This document shows positions 50,565-59,885 of a stretch of 64,000 nt of DNA, piece after piece. This DNA comes from Candidatus Bathyarchaeota archaeon. GTDB lineage: Archaea; Thermoproteota; Bathyarchaeia; Bathyarchaeales; Bathycorpusculaceae. The notes beneath the pieces were generated by a model that saw only the letters and a list, made by a program, of their open reading frames with translations, had not been told where the DNA came from and did not search any database. Every line of letters begins with the position of its first letter. The first letter of the stretch is position 1. Where the stretch lies: assembly GCA_963826715.1 (NCBI GenBank), contig CAWGYA010000008.1:1184001-1248000 (forward strand), in the 5' to 3' direction. The position numbers were made by a program, and so were the translations under genes.

Positions 50565-51214
50565 TTGACCTCAAACTTGACGGAAAAACTGTTATGGTAG
50601 TTGGTGGCGGAGAAGAAGGTTATCGTAAAACTCAAAGCTTCGTTGACTCAGGCGCAAAAATCTGGGTTATAAGCAGGGACTTCTCAGAAGGTATCCAGCG
50701 GTTAGGCAAGGAGAAGAAGATTGCTTTGCTAAAGACAGGTATTAAGGAAGCCCAAGCATTTTTCGATAGCCTTAGCCCCAAGCCAGATTTCTTCTTGGCC
50801 GCCACAGATAATAGTGCTCTTAACCTTGAACTGCTTAAAGCCGCTAAATTTTATGGATGTATTGCCTACGCTGTAGACAACCCTGTGCAAAGCGACTTCA
50901 TACTGCCCGCAGTTGCTAAGGTCGGTGACGTGAAGGTTGCGGTTTCCACTAGCGGGAAAAGCCCCGCAATGGCACGGATCCTCCGTGAACGTATAGAGAA
51001 AATGGTTACCCCTCAAGACCTCCTTGAAATTGAACTCCAAGAAAAAACCCGTACAGCACTAAAAATCGCGGTTTCTGACCCCAAATTGCGAAGCAAAATG
51101 TTATATGATATTTTAAATAGTGTAGAAATCAAAAAGGTATTGTCCGAGGGCAAATTAGCTGAGGCTGAAACTCTGGCTATGACACTAATTAAGGAAAAGG
51201 AGTTAGCGAAATGA
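50558..51214 (+). CDS. sirC: Precorrin-2 dehydrogenase (SirC/CysG-N)
   Basis: VVGGG, AATD, VDNP..SDF, VSTSGKSPAMA. Confidence 0.92.
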   Translation: MLIDLKLDGKTVMVVGGGEEGYRKTQSFVDSGAKIWVISRDFSEGIQRLGKEKKIALLKTGIKEAQAFFDSLSPKPDFFLAATDNSALNLELLKAAKFYGCIAYAVDNPVQSDFILPAVAKVGDVKVAVSTSGKSPAMARILRERIEKMVTPQDLLEIELQEKTRTALKIAVSDPKLRSKMLYDILNSVEIKKVLSEGKLAEAETLAMTLIKEKELAK

Positions 51215-52185
51215 GTTTTCCAACGATACGAATGCGTAGGTTGCGCAGAACACAGGCTATGCGTGACATGCTAAACCAGATTACACTCAACCCAGCACAT
51301 TTAATTTACCCAATTTTTGTTGAGGAAGGCATCAAAAAGCCAGTTCCAATTGGCTCTATGCCCGGGTATTCACGATTGCCTCTCTCTCTGGTTGCAGAGG
51401 AAGGAAAAGCAGCCTTGGCGCAAGGCGTCAAGAGCGTTTTGCTCTTTGGTATCCCCGCCAAAAAAGATGAGGCGGGCACCTCTGCACACGCCGAAAACGG
51501 TGTTGTACAGCAAGCTGTCCGCGAACTCAAAAAAACATGCGGTGACGAACTAGTTGTTATCGGGGATGTATGCCTTTGCGAATACATGAGCCACGGTCAC
51601 TGCGGAATCGTCAAAAACGGAGAAGTACAAAACGACCCCACACTTGAGCTTTTAGGTAGAATTGCTGTGAGCTATGCCGAAGCAGGCGTCGACATTGTAG
51701 CGCCATCCGCTATGATGGACGGGCAAATCGCAGCCATCCGCGAAGCCCTAGACGAAACAGGGCACGAACAAATCCCAATAATCGCATACGCAGCCAAGTA
51801 CGCCTCTAGCTTTTACGGCCCCTTCCGTGAGGCAGCCGAATCCACACCCAAATTCGGTAACCGACGTAGCTACCAGATGAGCCAAAGCAGTCAACAAGAG
51901 GCAATGCGTGAAATGGAACTCGACATCGAGGAAGGCGCCGACATGATAATGGTGAAACCCGCCCTTGCATATTTTGACATAATCGCTCTTGCAAAAGCTA
52001 ACTTTAATGTGCCCATTGTAGCCTACAACGTAAGCGGTGAGTTCAGCATGGTCAAAGCCGCAGCTCAAAACGGGTGGATAGACGAAAAAACCCTAATTCG
52101 AGAAATTCTCATCGGCATGAAACGTGCAGGCGCAGACCTAATAATCACCTACCACGCTAAAGACGCAAAATCATGGTTGACATAA
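51211..52185 (+). CDS. hemB: Porphobilinogen synthase
   Basis: RMRRLR, DVCLCEYMSHGHCG, FYGPFR, MVKPA, YNVSGE. Confidence 0.98.
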   Translation: MSFPTIRMRRLRRTQAMRDMLNQITLNPAHLIYPIFVEEGIKKPVPIGSMPGYSRLPLSLVAEEGKAALAQGVKSVLLFGIPAKKDEAGTSAHAENGVVQQAVRELKKTCGDELVVIGDVCLCEYMSHGHCGIVKNGEVQNDPTLELLGRIAVSYAEAGVDIVAPSAMMDGQIAAIREALDETGHEQIPIIAYAAKYASSFYGPFREAAESTPKFGNRRSYQMSQSSQQEAMREMELDIEEGADMIMVKPALAYFDIIALAKANFNVPIVAYNVSGEFSMVKAAAQNGWIDEKTLIREILIGMKRAGADLIITYHAKDAKSWLT

Positions 52186-53481
52186 ATGAGCGAATCCAAA
52201 TCCAAAACCCTATTTGAGCGAGCCAAAAAAACCTTGCCCGGCGGCGTAAACAGCCCCGTTCGAGCATTTGATCCTTACCCCTTCTTTGTTGAGTACGCCC
52301 AAGGCTCCAAACTCTACGACGTAGACGGCAAATCCTACGTTGACTACTGTATGGCTTATGGCGCTATGCTTCTGGGACATGCAAACAGCGAAATCCTTGA
52401 AGCCGTTAGAGCACAGCTTCCAAAAGGCACACTCTATGGTATCCCAACAGAGCTTGAAGTAGCCTTCGCAGAGGAAATCAGCAAAGCATCGCCCTGCATG
52501 GAAATGATGCGACTTGTAAATTCGGGTACAGAAGCCACCATGAGTGCCGTGAGAGCAGCAAGAGGCTACACTAACCGGAAAAAAATCATAAAGTTTGAGG
52601 GCTGTTTCCACGGTAGCCACGACAACGTGCTTGTCAAGGCAGGCTCAGGTGCAACGACTTTTGGTACACCGACTTCGCTTGGTGTCCCCGAGGAGACAAC
52701 GCGGAACACGATTGTGTTGCCCTACAACGACGTTGAAGCTTTAGAATTCACTTTTAAGGTTGAGGGTAGCGATATTGCAGCGTTGATAACTGAACCGGTA
52801 ATGGGTAACGTTGGTTTAATTCTGCCCAAAAAAGACTACCTTCAAGCTCTTAGAAAAATCACCGCTGAAAACGGTACTGTACTGATTTTTGACGAAATCA
52901 TCACAGGCTTCCGCCTCGCATTTGGCGGCGCGCAGGAATACTTCGGCGTGAAACCTGATATGGCGACCCTTGGCAAAGTTTTGGGCGGCGGTTTCCCACT
53001 GGCAGCGTTTGGCGGTAAACGTGAAATCATGCAGAACATAAGCCCAATAGGCAAAGTCTACCAAGCCGGTACGTTCAGCGGAAACCCCGTTTCTGCAACC
53101 GCAGGCTTCACAATTCTTAAAATTCTTAAACAAAAGAAAAACAACATTTATCCAAGACTTGAAAAGAACGCCACTGAACTCAAAAAAGCACTAACTGATC
53201 TCGCTGTAACCCACAAAATAGATGCCAAAGTCTATAGCCTTGCATCGCTCTACCAAATCTTCTTTACCGCCCAACCCATCGTTGACTGTGCCTGCGCGAA
53301 AACTTCTGATATCCAAAAGTTCTCAGCATACTTTCAAGAACTCCTACGCCAAGGTGTATTCATCCCTCCAGCACAGTTCGAAACCTGCTTTGTTTCCGCA
53401 GCTCACACCGAAGAAGACATACAATTCACTATCGCTGCTTTCGATAAGGCGTTGGCGGCAGCTGCTAAAATGGGGCAATAA
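52186..53481 (+). CDS. hemL: Glutamate-1-semialdehyde 2,1-aminomutase
   Basis: PGGVNSPVRA, NSGTEA, FDEIITGFR, GKVLGGG, QAGTFSGNP. Confidence 0.98.
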   Translation: MSESKSKTLFERAKKTLPGGVNSPVRAFDPYPFFVEYAQGSKLYDVDGKSYVDYCMAYGAMLLGHANSEILEAVRAQLPKGTLYGIPTELEVAFAEEISKASPCMEMMRLVNSGTEATMSAVRAARGYTNRKKIIKFEGCFHGSHDNVLVKAGSGATTFGTPTSLGVPEETTRNTIVLPYNDVEALEFTFKVEGSDIAALITEPVMGNVGLILPKKDYLQALRKITAENGTVLIFDEIITGFRLAFGGAQEYFGVKPDMATLGKVLGGGFPLAAFGGKREIMQNISPIGKVYQAGTFSGNPVSATAGFTILKILKQKKNNIYPRLEKNATELKKALTDLAVTHKIDAKVYSLASLYQIFFTAQPIVDCACAKTSDIQKFSAYFQELLRQGVFIPPAQFETCFVSAAHTEEDIQFTIAAFDKALAAAAKMGQ

Positions 53482-53483
53482 TT

Positions 53484-54419
53484 ATGAAGCTAGTCGTTGG
53501 TACGCGGGGCAGCAAACTGGCTTTGGCACAGACAAACCGTACGCTGGATTGGATTAAAACCAAAAACCCAACTGTTGAGTTTGAATTAAAAATCATCCAC
53601 ACAATGGGCGACAAAGAACACGGTAAACCCCTCTTTAGCATTGATTGCAAAGGGATTTTCGAGAAAGAAATCGACCAAGAAGTTTTCGCAGGTAAAGTAG
53701 ACTTTGCGGTGCATAGCCTAAAAGATGTCCCCATTATGGAGCAGGAGAGAGGCACGGTTTTGGCGTCGATTCCTAAGCGGGATTCTCCTTGTGACGTGTT
53801 CATTTCCAAAAATAACGTTAAACTATTAGACTTACCCCAAGGGGCAGTGGTCGGAACTGGTAGCCTACGGCGTCTCGCAGAAATCAAGTACCTCCGCCCA
53901 GACCTTGAAGTAGCTCCCATCCGAGGCAACATCGATACGCGCATCGGCAAAGTCCGCAAAGGAGAAATTGCAGGAATAGTGCTCGCCGAAGCAGGTTTGG
54001 AACGCATGAATATCATTGACGAGATGGCTGAGCGCCTTCCACTTGATCAGTTTCCCTCGGCGGCCGGGCAAGGGGCTATAGCCATAGTCGCCAAAGAAGG
54101 CAACAGCGAAGTTATCAAAATTTTGCAGTCCGTTGAAGATAAGGCGACGGGGGCTGAAATCACCGCAGAACGCAGTTTAGTGCTTAAGCTGGAGGGCGGA
54201 TGCCGAGTTCCAATCGGCGCAGTAGGAAAAGTAGAGGGTGATTGTCTCACGCTTTATGGCAGCGTTTTCGCGCTCAATGGCAGAAAAAAAATTAGCGCCT
54301 CCGCCAGTGGTACTATTGCCCAAGCAGAAGAAGTTGGTGCTAAAGTCGGCGAAGACCTAATCAAGCAGGGCGCACAAGACTTCGAGAAAGAGTGGAGAGA
54401 AAAGTATGGCGTATGGTAA
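53484..54419 (+). CDS. hemC: Hydroxymethylbilane synthase
   Basis: GTRGSKLAL, VHSLKDVP, SLRR, RGNIDTR, GGCRVP. Confidence 0.97.
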   Translation: MKLVVGTRGSKLALAQTNRTLDWIKTKNPTVEFELKIIHTMGDKEHGKPLFSIDCKGIFEKEIDQEVFAGKVDFAVHSLKDVPIMEQERGTVLASIPKRDSPCDVFISKNNVKLLDLPQGAVVGTGSLRRLAEIKYLRPDLEVAPIRGNIDTRIGKVRKGEIAGIVLAEAGLERMNIIDEMAERLPLDQFPSAAGQGAIAIVAKEGNSEVIKILQSVEDKATGAEITAERSLVLKLEGGCRVPIGAVGKVEGDCLTLYGSVFALNGRKKISASASGTIAQAEEVGAKVGEDLIKQGAQDFEKEWREKYGVW

Positions 54420-55164
54420 AGTCTACTTGGTAGGCTCCGGTCCCGGTGACCCTCAGCTGCTCACGATTAAAGCAGTAAAGCTGCTCAAGGAGGCAGACGT
54501 TGTAATATATGATAGGCTTGGTGTCAGTGAAGACATTCTCTGTTTAGCGCCCGACAATGCCGAACGAATATTTGTTGGTAAACGCACAGGCCTGCATGAG
54601 GTGCCACAGGACAAAATCACCGAAATCATTATCCAGAAAGCCAAAGAAGGCGGAAAAATTGTGCGCCTCAAAGGGGGCGACCCTTTCATCTTCGGTAGAG
54701 GCGGGGAAGAAGCCGAAGCGCTCATTGCGGAAGGCATAGAGTTCGAAATAGTCCCGGGAGTTAGCTCAGCTGTGGCTGCTCCAATGTATGCAGGCATACC
54801 TCTTACTCACCGAGACTACGCAGCATCCGTGGCAATCATAACAGGTCACCGAGCAGGTGACGCAGAAAAACCGATTGACTGGGTAAAAATCGCCAACGCA
54901 GTCGACACCATGGTTATCTTGATGGGTGTGGAATCACTCAATGGTATAGTTACCAAATTGCTCTATGGTGGTGTTAGTCCAGAAAAACCTGTTGCTGTGG
55001 TCGAATCAGGTACTTACTCCACACAGCGAACCCTAATCGCCAACTTGGGCACCATTGTGAAGGAAGCTGAAGCTAAAAATATCAAACCCCCCTCCGTTAT
55101 AGTCATTGGTGAAGTCGCCGAATTAGGCAGGAAACTTTCATGGTTCAAAAAACCCCTATCCTAA
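54406..55164 (+). CDS. cobA: Uroporphyrinogen-III C-methyltransferase
   Basis: GSGPGDP, RLKGGDPFIFGRGGEE, GIPLTHR. Confidence 0.96.
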   Translation: MAYGKVYLVGSGPGDPQLLTIKAVKLLKEADVVIYDRLGVSEDILCLAPDNAERIFVGKRTGLHEVPQDKITEIIIQKAKEGGKIVRLKGGDPFIFGRGGEEAEALIAEGIEFEIVPGVSSAVAAPMYAGIPLTHRDYAASVAIITGHRAGDAEKPIDWVKIANAVDTMVILMGVESLNGIVTKLLYGGVSPEKPVAVVESGTYSTQRTLIANLGTIVKEAEAKNIKPPSVIVIGEVAELGRKLSWFKKPLS

Positions 55165-55964
55165 AGGGTCGTGTTGTTGCCATCACCCGTCCCACAGGAC
55201 AGGCGGAAGAAGCAGGCGTACTAATCAAGGAAATGGGCGGTATTCCTTATTATATTCCAGCCATCGAAATTAAGGGCTTAAGCAATCCTGAATCAGTTAC
55301 AAATTTCGTTGCTGAACTCTGTGCAGGGCAGGTTGACTTTGTTGTTTTGATGAGCACCAACGGCGTTAAGTACCTGTTTGCTGCGGCAGAAGAAATCGGG
55401 CAAACCCATCAGCTTCGTGAGGGTTTAACAAAGAGCTGTGTGATTGCTGTGGGACCAAAAACTGCTGAAGCCATGGAGCAGCACGGCTTGCGGGTGGATT
55501 TAGTGCCACAGAAATACAGTGGCGAAGGTCTCCTAGAAGCTCTCAAAGACACTGACTTGACGGACAAAAAAATCCGCATGCCAAGAACCAGCAACGCCCC
55601 ACCAGTGCTCAGTGACGCCCTTAAAGCCAGAGGCGCGGACGTCGAGGAAATTTATGTTTACGAGTCTGGGCTGCCAGTGGATGAGGGATTGAAAACCAAA
55701 TTCTACGAGGATTTGACTTCTGGTCGGATTGATGCGGTGCTCTTCGGTAGCGGGCTGAGTGCCAAAAACATCTTTAAAATGCTCACGGAAAAAGCCCCGT
55801 TGGAGACGTTACGCAAAGTCCTCGCCGAAAAAATAGCAGTCGTCGCCATCGGACCCACCACCGCCCATGCCCTGCAAGAACTCGAAGTCAAAGTTGACGT
55901 GATACCGCAGGACTACCTCTTTGAGAGTGCCCTGTCCGCGTTAGTTGAGTATTGGCACACTTAA
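55140..55964 (+). CDS. hemD: Uroporphyrinogen-III synthase
   Basis: ITRP, STNGV, AVGPKTA, VYE, AIGPTTA. Confidence 0.93.
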   Translation: MVQKTPILKGRVVAITRPTGQAEEAGVLIKEMGGIPYYIPAIEIKGLSNPESVTNFVAELCAGQVDFVVLMSTNGVKYLFAAAEEIGQTHQLREGLTKSCVIAVGPKTAEAMEQHGLRVDLVPQKYSGEGLLEALKDTDLTDKKIRMPRTSNAPPVLSDALKARGADVEEIYVYESGLPVDEGLKTKFYEDLTSGRIDAVLFGSGLSAKNIFKMLTEKAPLETLRKVLAEKIAVVAIGPTTAHALQELEVKVDVIPQDYLFESALSALVEYWHT

Positions 55965-56067
55965 CCCTTTTCTGTTTTTTTGGTTGCACCCTTATAGTCA
56001 CTTACGCTTTAAACCGGTAATCGCCACTAATAAAACAGTAAAATAACGCTTTTTAGGAGGTGGAAGT

Positions 56068-56178
56068 ATGGCCACAGACAAAAGCCAGGATGGAGCGTTA
56101 AATCAATCCAGCCGCCCTGGAACTCATCAAAGAGAACTGAGTCAATTGAGGGATTTTGCATCTAAGATTAACCTGTGA
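56068..56178 (+). CDS. Putative 36-aa small protein (not in ORF track)
   Basis: AGGAGGTG (56055-56062) is fully complementary to the 16S 3' end, 5 nt before ATG; MATDKSQDGALNQSSRPGTHQRELSQLRDFASKINL. Confidence 0.45.
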   Translation: MATDKSQDGALNQSSRPGTHQRELSQLRDFASKINL

Positions 56179-56259
56179 GGAGTTGGGGAAGGCAAGATGG
56201 ACGAGGGTCAACACACTATATGGGTAATGATGCATCATCGTCTTTTAAAATAGCCCAGT

Positions 56260-57039
56260 CTATAGATAATCGCTGTTAAATGCGGGTTCATTTGCGACAG
56301 ACGCGATGACCTTCGCGGCGAAATCTTCCTGCTCTTTTTCTCCGCTAACGGCTATCCAAACTGAGCCTTCTGCACCGCAGACGCCTCCAGAGGCAATTAA
56401 CTCAACGTTTGCTGCGGTTAGCGCTGCCAAAGCATCCAGCTCCGTGAAGACTTCTGCTGCGGGAAGCGGCATCAGACGGTAACCTCCTGCGTTTGGGGCA
56501 TTTAGCTTTGTCGTGAGCTTGGTTAGGTCGCCTTCGATACGTTTCTCTAAGCCCACAGGAACAATTAGGCGCACCCGCCGCCCTACAATGGCTGGAACAG
56601 CCAAGCCGATGGTTCCTGCTTTGGGGTGACCGACAAGAACCGCCGCCTGCCTGCGAGGCAAATCTAATGCGTTGGCTCCTTTCACAATAACGTCGCCTTC
56701 GCTGAGCCTATCCACTACGTCCTCGAGCCTCTGGTCTCTATGCCACACGCAATGGTCAATTACGACATCCCCTGGGAATTTGCTTTCATCCGCCAGTCGC
56801 CCCTCAGTTGTGACAGGCAGATTTGGAGGTAAATTTAGACCTCGGAAGAAGTGTTTTCTTGAGAAGTCGTTTGCGATTTTGTGGGTTTTTAGAATTTCTT
56901 CAGCTACATAGCCGTTGGTTGTTCCAGCAACGATTACGGTTGTTCCGTGTTTTAAGGCTTTTTTTATGGCGGGGTGGTTTGCGATTGTTTTTGCAATAAG
57001 GCGTTTCCCGGCTGAGGGGGTTATTAGGAATTGTTTCAA
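56260..57039 (-). CDS. Conserved-looking hypothetical alpha/beta protein
   Basis: GKRLIA, GTTNGY, KGANALD, PVGLEK, GGVCGAEG. Confidence 0.75.
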   Translation of the reverse strand: MKQFLITPSAGKRLIAKTIANHPAIKKALKHGTTVIVAGTTNGYVAEEILKTHKIANDFSRKHFFRGLNLPPNLPVTTEGRLADESKFPGDVVIDHCVWHRDQRLEDVVDRLSEGDVIVKGANALDLPRRQAAVLVGHPKAGTIGLAVPAIVGRRVRLIVPVGLEKRIEGDLTKLTTKLNAPNAGGYRLMPLPAAEVFTELDALAALTAANVELIASGGVCGAEGSVWIAVSGEKEQEDFAAKVIASVANEPAFNSDYL

Positions 57040-57293
57040 GGGGTTAGATCTCCTTTACTTCTGTATCTGGTTGTTGGATATTATAAGAATATAGTGTAAA
57101 TGCCCGCCACTATTCTGTTGCTTATTTTTGTTTATCAGTTTCTAATAATCAAAATAATTAAGCTTGACCTAACTTAGCAAAAAACTAAAGAATAACTACA
57201 TTTCTGATCCAATAGACTCAAAAAAATGATCAAGAAATTACAAAAAATAAAAAAGAAAATTTGAACTAACTCGAAAGATGAATAAGCTTACGC

Positions 57294-57437
57294 TTAATAT
57301 CTTCGTGGTGGTCTACGTTTAGAGTAGCATTCTCGGCAGTAAACTGGCCTTGTACCGTCCGGCTTGAAAGGAACATCGCATTCTTTTCCGCAGTCGGCAC
57401 AAGTTGCCTTGTGCATCTCTCTGTTACCATATGACAT
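57294..57437 (-). CDS. CxxC-x17-CxxC zinc-ribbon protein (47 aa, not in ORF track)
   Basis: MSYGNREMHKATCADCGKECDVPFKPDGTRPVYCRECYSKRRPPRRY. Confidence 0.92.
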   Translation of the reverse strand: MSYGNREMHKATCADCGKECDVPFKPDGTRPVYCRECYSKRRPPRRY

Positions 57438-57723
57438 TTCGCTATTTCACTTCCTACTTACTTGCTGTGTAGAAATTTCTCTCTGCACATTACCCCACAT
57501 AGACCAACTCGATACTTATAAATTGCGTGCTTTCTAAAGGGGAATTAAACGTGTGAAAAGCACTCTTTCAAAGATTTGGATGTTGACAACCAGTGATACA
57601 ATCAATAGTCAACCTAATATAGGAAGGATCCACATATACAGAAGTTATTCAATCGAGAAAAAGAAGGCATACGGCTTAACCCTTGGCTTTTTCTCATATT
57701 TCAATAGGGCAAGAGAAGGCAAA

Positions 57724-58368
57724 TTGAGACAGAAAAAATCAACTTTAGGCGAACATTTAGCTTTACTTTCCGTAAAATACAACGTTTACCCCAACGAAGT
57801 CTTCCAGGCTCTTGTTTTAGCTAGTAAAAATGAGAAAGCAGTCTGCGGTAATCTCTCCATAGAGTACCGTGGCAAAGTAAAAGGCGAAACCATTTTTCTT
57901 ATCACCAAAGACAGCGATGTTGTTGCACAATTCCGTGTTCAAGAAGAATTTCTGCTCCGAAAGGACAATCCATTCGAAAGCTGGATGAATACTGATAAAA
58001 TCAAGAAAAAACTTGCAAAGCAAAATACTGAATCAGTTTACAGTCACATTCGAGATCTTCGGGCGGGCATGAAACATATTAACCTAAAAGCTAAAGTTCT
58101 GGAAGTCCCCAAACCAGCGCAGGTCCATACTCAATTTGGTAATACTGTTATGGTTGTAAACGCTCTTGTTGGTGATGGTTCTGATAAAATAAAACTCTGC
58201 CTCTGGGAAGGACAAATAAGTGGCATTACAATAGGAGACAGTATTGAACTCAAGAACGGGCAGGTCTGTGTTTTCCGAGGCGAAAAGCAGTTGCGCTTGG
58301 GCAAGAGCGGATCGCTTTGTGTTCTTGCGCATGATCAACATGTTAAGCCGCTAGCAACCGTCCGTTAA
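57724..58368 (+). CDS. OB-fold ssDNA-binding (SSB/RPA-like) protein with additional N-terminal domain
   Basis: IRDLRAG..INLKAKV, VGDGSDKIKLCLW, IELKNG..FRGEKQLRLG; TTG at 57724 preferred over 57553. Confidence 0.75.
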   Translation: MRQKKSTLGEHLALLSVKYNVYPNEVFQALVLASKNEKAVCGNLSIEYRGKVKGETIFLITKDSDVVAQFRVQEEFLLRKDNPFESWMNTDKIKKKLAKQNTESVYSHIRDLRAGMKHINLKAKVLEVPKPAQVHTQFGNTVMVVNALVGDGSDKIKLCLWEGQISGITIGDSIELKNGQVCVFRGEKQLRLGKSGSLCVLAHDQHVKPLATVR

Positions 58369-58863
58369 GCAAGCAAGTTCAATTCCCTTAAAAGCTGGGC
58401 AACTTAATCCCAAATACGTGAATTTTCATGACTTCAATAAACATTGTTTTTCAGCCCATTACTTATTAAAAAACTGCTGCCACTAACAACGAGGTCAAAG
58501 AAATAACTGTTACTTCATAGCTTTTTGCTACCGATCCAGTTCTCTGAAGTTCTAACGGGCATAGAAAACTTTTCGCGTTTTTTGTGATTTTTTACTTAAT
58601 AAAATTACTAAGACAACCGCTCAATCTGTTAATTAAAATATTAGGCAGAGCTGTTTTTCCGTTAATAGGCATTTTTCGCACCCGAACAATGTTTCGCCAA
58701 ATCGCATAGTCTTACCCTTAATGGAGTTACGACAGGTTTAAGACAATGTTTTATCGGTTTGAGTACTTCGATAGGGAGCACCATCATTGAAATCGAACCC
58801 ATAAACCTGGGGTAAAGCCAGAAAACTTAAAGGCTCCCACCGTGGGGAGAAAACTCTATAACA

Positions 58864-59382
58864 CTAAATTAATTCGGCTGCACCATACCGAGAATCTATG
58901 GCTTTGAGGAGTGCTTTCCTTAGGTTCTCGCCAATGAGTGCTGTTTTTTTTAGAGCCACAACTACATCAGCTAGTTCTTTATCGTCCAATACATTGCGGA
59001 ACCAGTTCTCAAAATCGTTCCGATAGAGATGAAATTCAAGAGCGTCAGAACACACCTGCCGAGTCAGCTTATAGAACTCTTCGAGTGAAGAGGCACTAAA
59101 ACCTAGCGGTTTATTAACGCCTATATAGAACTGAAAAGTCTTATCCTCAGGCACCTGCAAGACAAAGTTGAGCGAATTTTTACCTTTGTCTGTCAAGCCG
59201 AAACCACCACCGACTCTTTGCAGGAAACCTTCAGTTGCCAATTGTTGCACCATCGCTATTGTTTGGCTAGGAGTTAAGTTGACGGCTTCTGCGAACATGT
59301 TTATGTCCATTCGGTTAGTTGCTTCATGCATGGTTTTCAAGATTTTTAGATGTGTCTCATTCAAGGATCGTCGCCTCAACAT
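58864..59382 (-). CDS. Winged-helix + DUF5752-like domain protein
   Basis: N-terminal wHTH (LTDKG wing); F.F...ASSLEEF, LEFHLYRNDFENW. Confidence 0.7.
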   Translation of the reverse strand: MLRRRSLNETHLKILKTMHEATNRMDINMFAEAVNLTPSQTIAMVQQLATEGFLQRVGGGFGLTDKGKNSLNFVLQVPEDKTFQFYIGVNKPLGFSASSLEEFYKLTRQVCSDALEFHLYRNDFENWFRNVLDDKELADVVVALKKTALIGENLRKALLKAIDSRYGAAELI

Positions 59383-59480
59383 CCATTATACAGTGGGGGC
59401 AATTTAAATGTGTTAATGCCAGTTGAAAGCAAATGATAAATTATTTTACTCTCTAAAATAACATTATCATGTGAAACTTT

Positions 59481-59804
59481 ATGATGCCCCAATTCTTAAT
59501 TGTTTTAGTCACAACCAAAGACAAGGCAGAAGCAGACAAAATTAGCCAAACCTTACTATACGAGAAGCTTATTGGATGCGCCAATATCATCAATCCCGTT
59601 TCATCTTGCTTTACTTGGGAAGGAAAGATTAACCGCGCTGAGGAATGCCTTGTTATTATGAAGTCGCGTATAGATTTATTTAAGGAGTTATCGACTCGTA
59701 TTTGTTCCTTGCATAGTTACGAGGTACCTGAGGTTTTAGCATTGCCGGTGGTTGATGGCTCAACGGATTATTTGAATTGGATGAATGCTAATCTAAAAAA
59801 ATAA
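59481..59804 (+). CDS. cutA: Divalent-cation tolerance protein
   Basis: LIGCANI, WEGKI..E, HSYEVPE, YLNW. Confidence 0.95.
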   Translation: MMPQFLIVLVTTKDKAEADKISQTLLYEKLIGCANIINPVSSCFTWEGKINRAEECLVIMKSRIDLFKELSTRICSLHSYEVPEVLALPVVDGSTDYLNWMNANLKK

Positions 59805-59885
59805 TCCATAAACCCAGTTTTTTCCTTCTTTAACCACTCAATTATGGTCAGTGATAAATATTGCATTTATCTATGATAAAATCAG

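Noticed and set aside
56190-56245. Fluoride-riboswitch-like GATGG...TAATGA words (similar GATGGTG words at ~3306 and ~58780)
   Set aside because: The required P1 and pseudoknot pairings are absent and there is no fluoride exporter downstream
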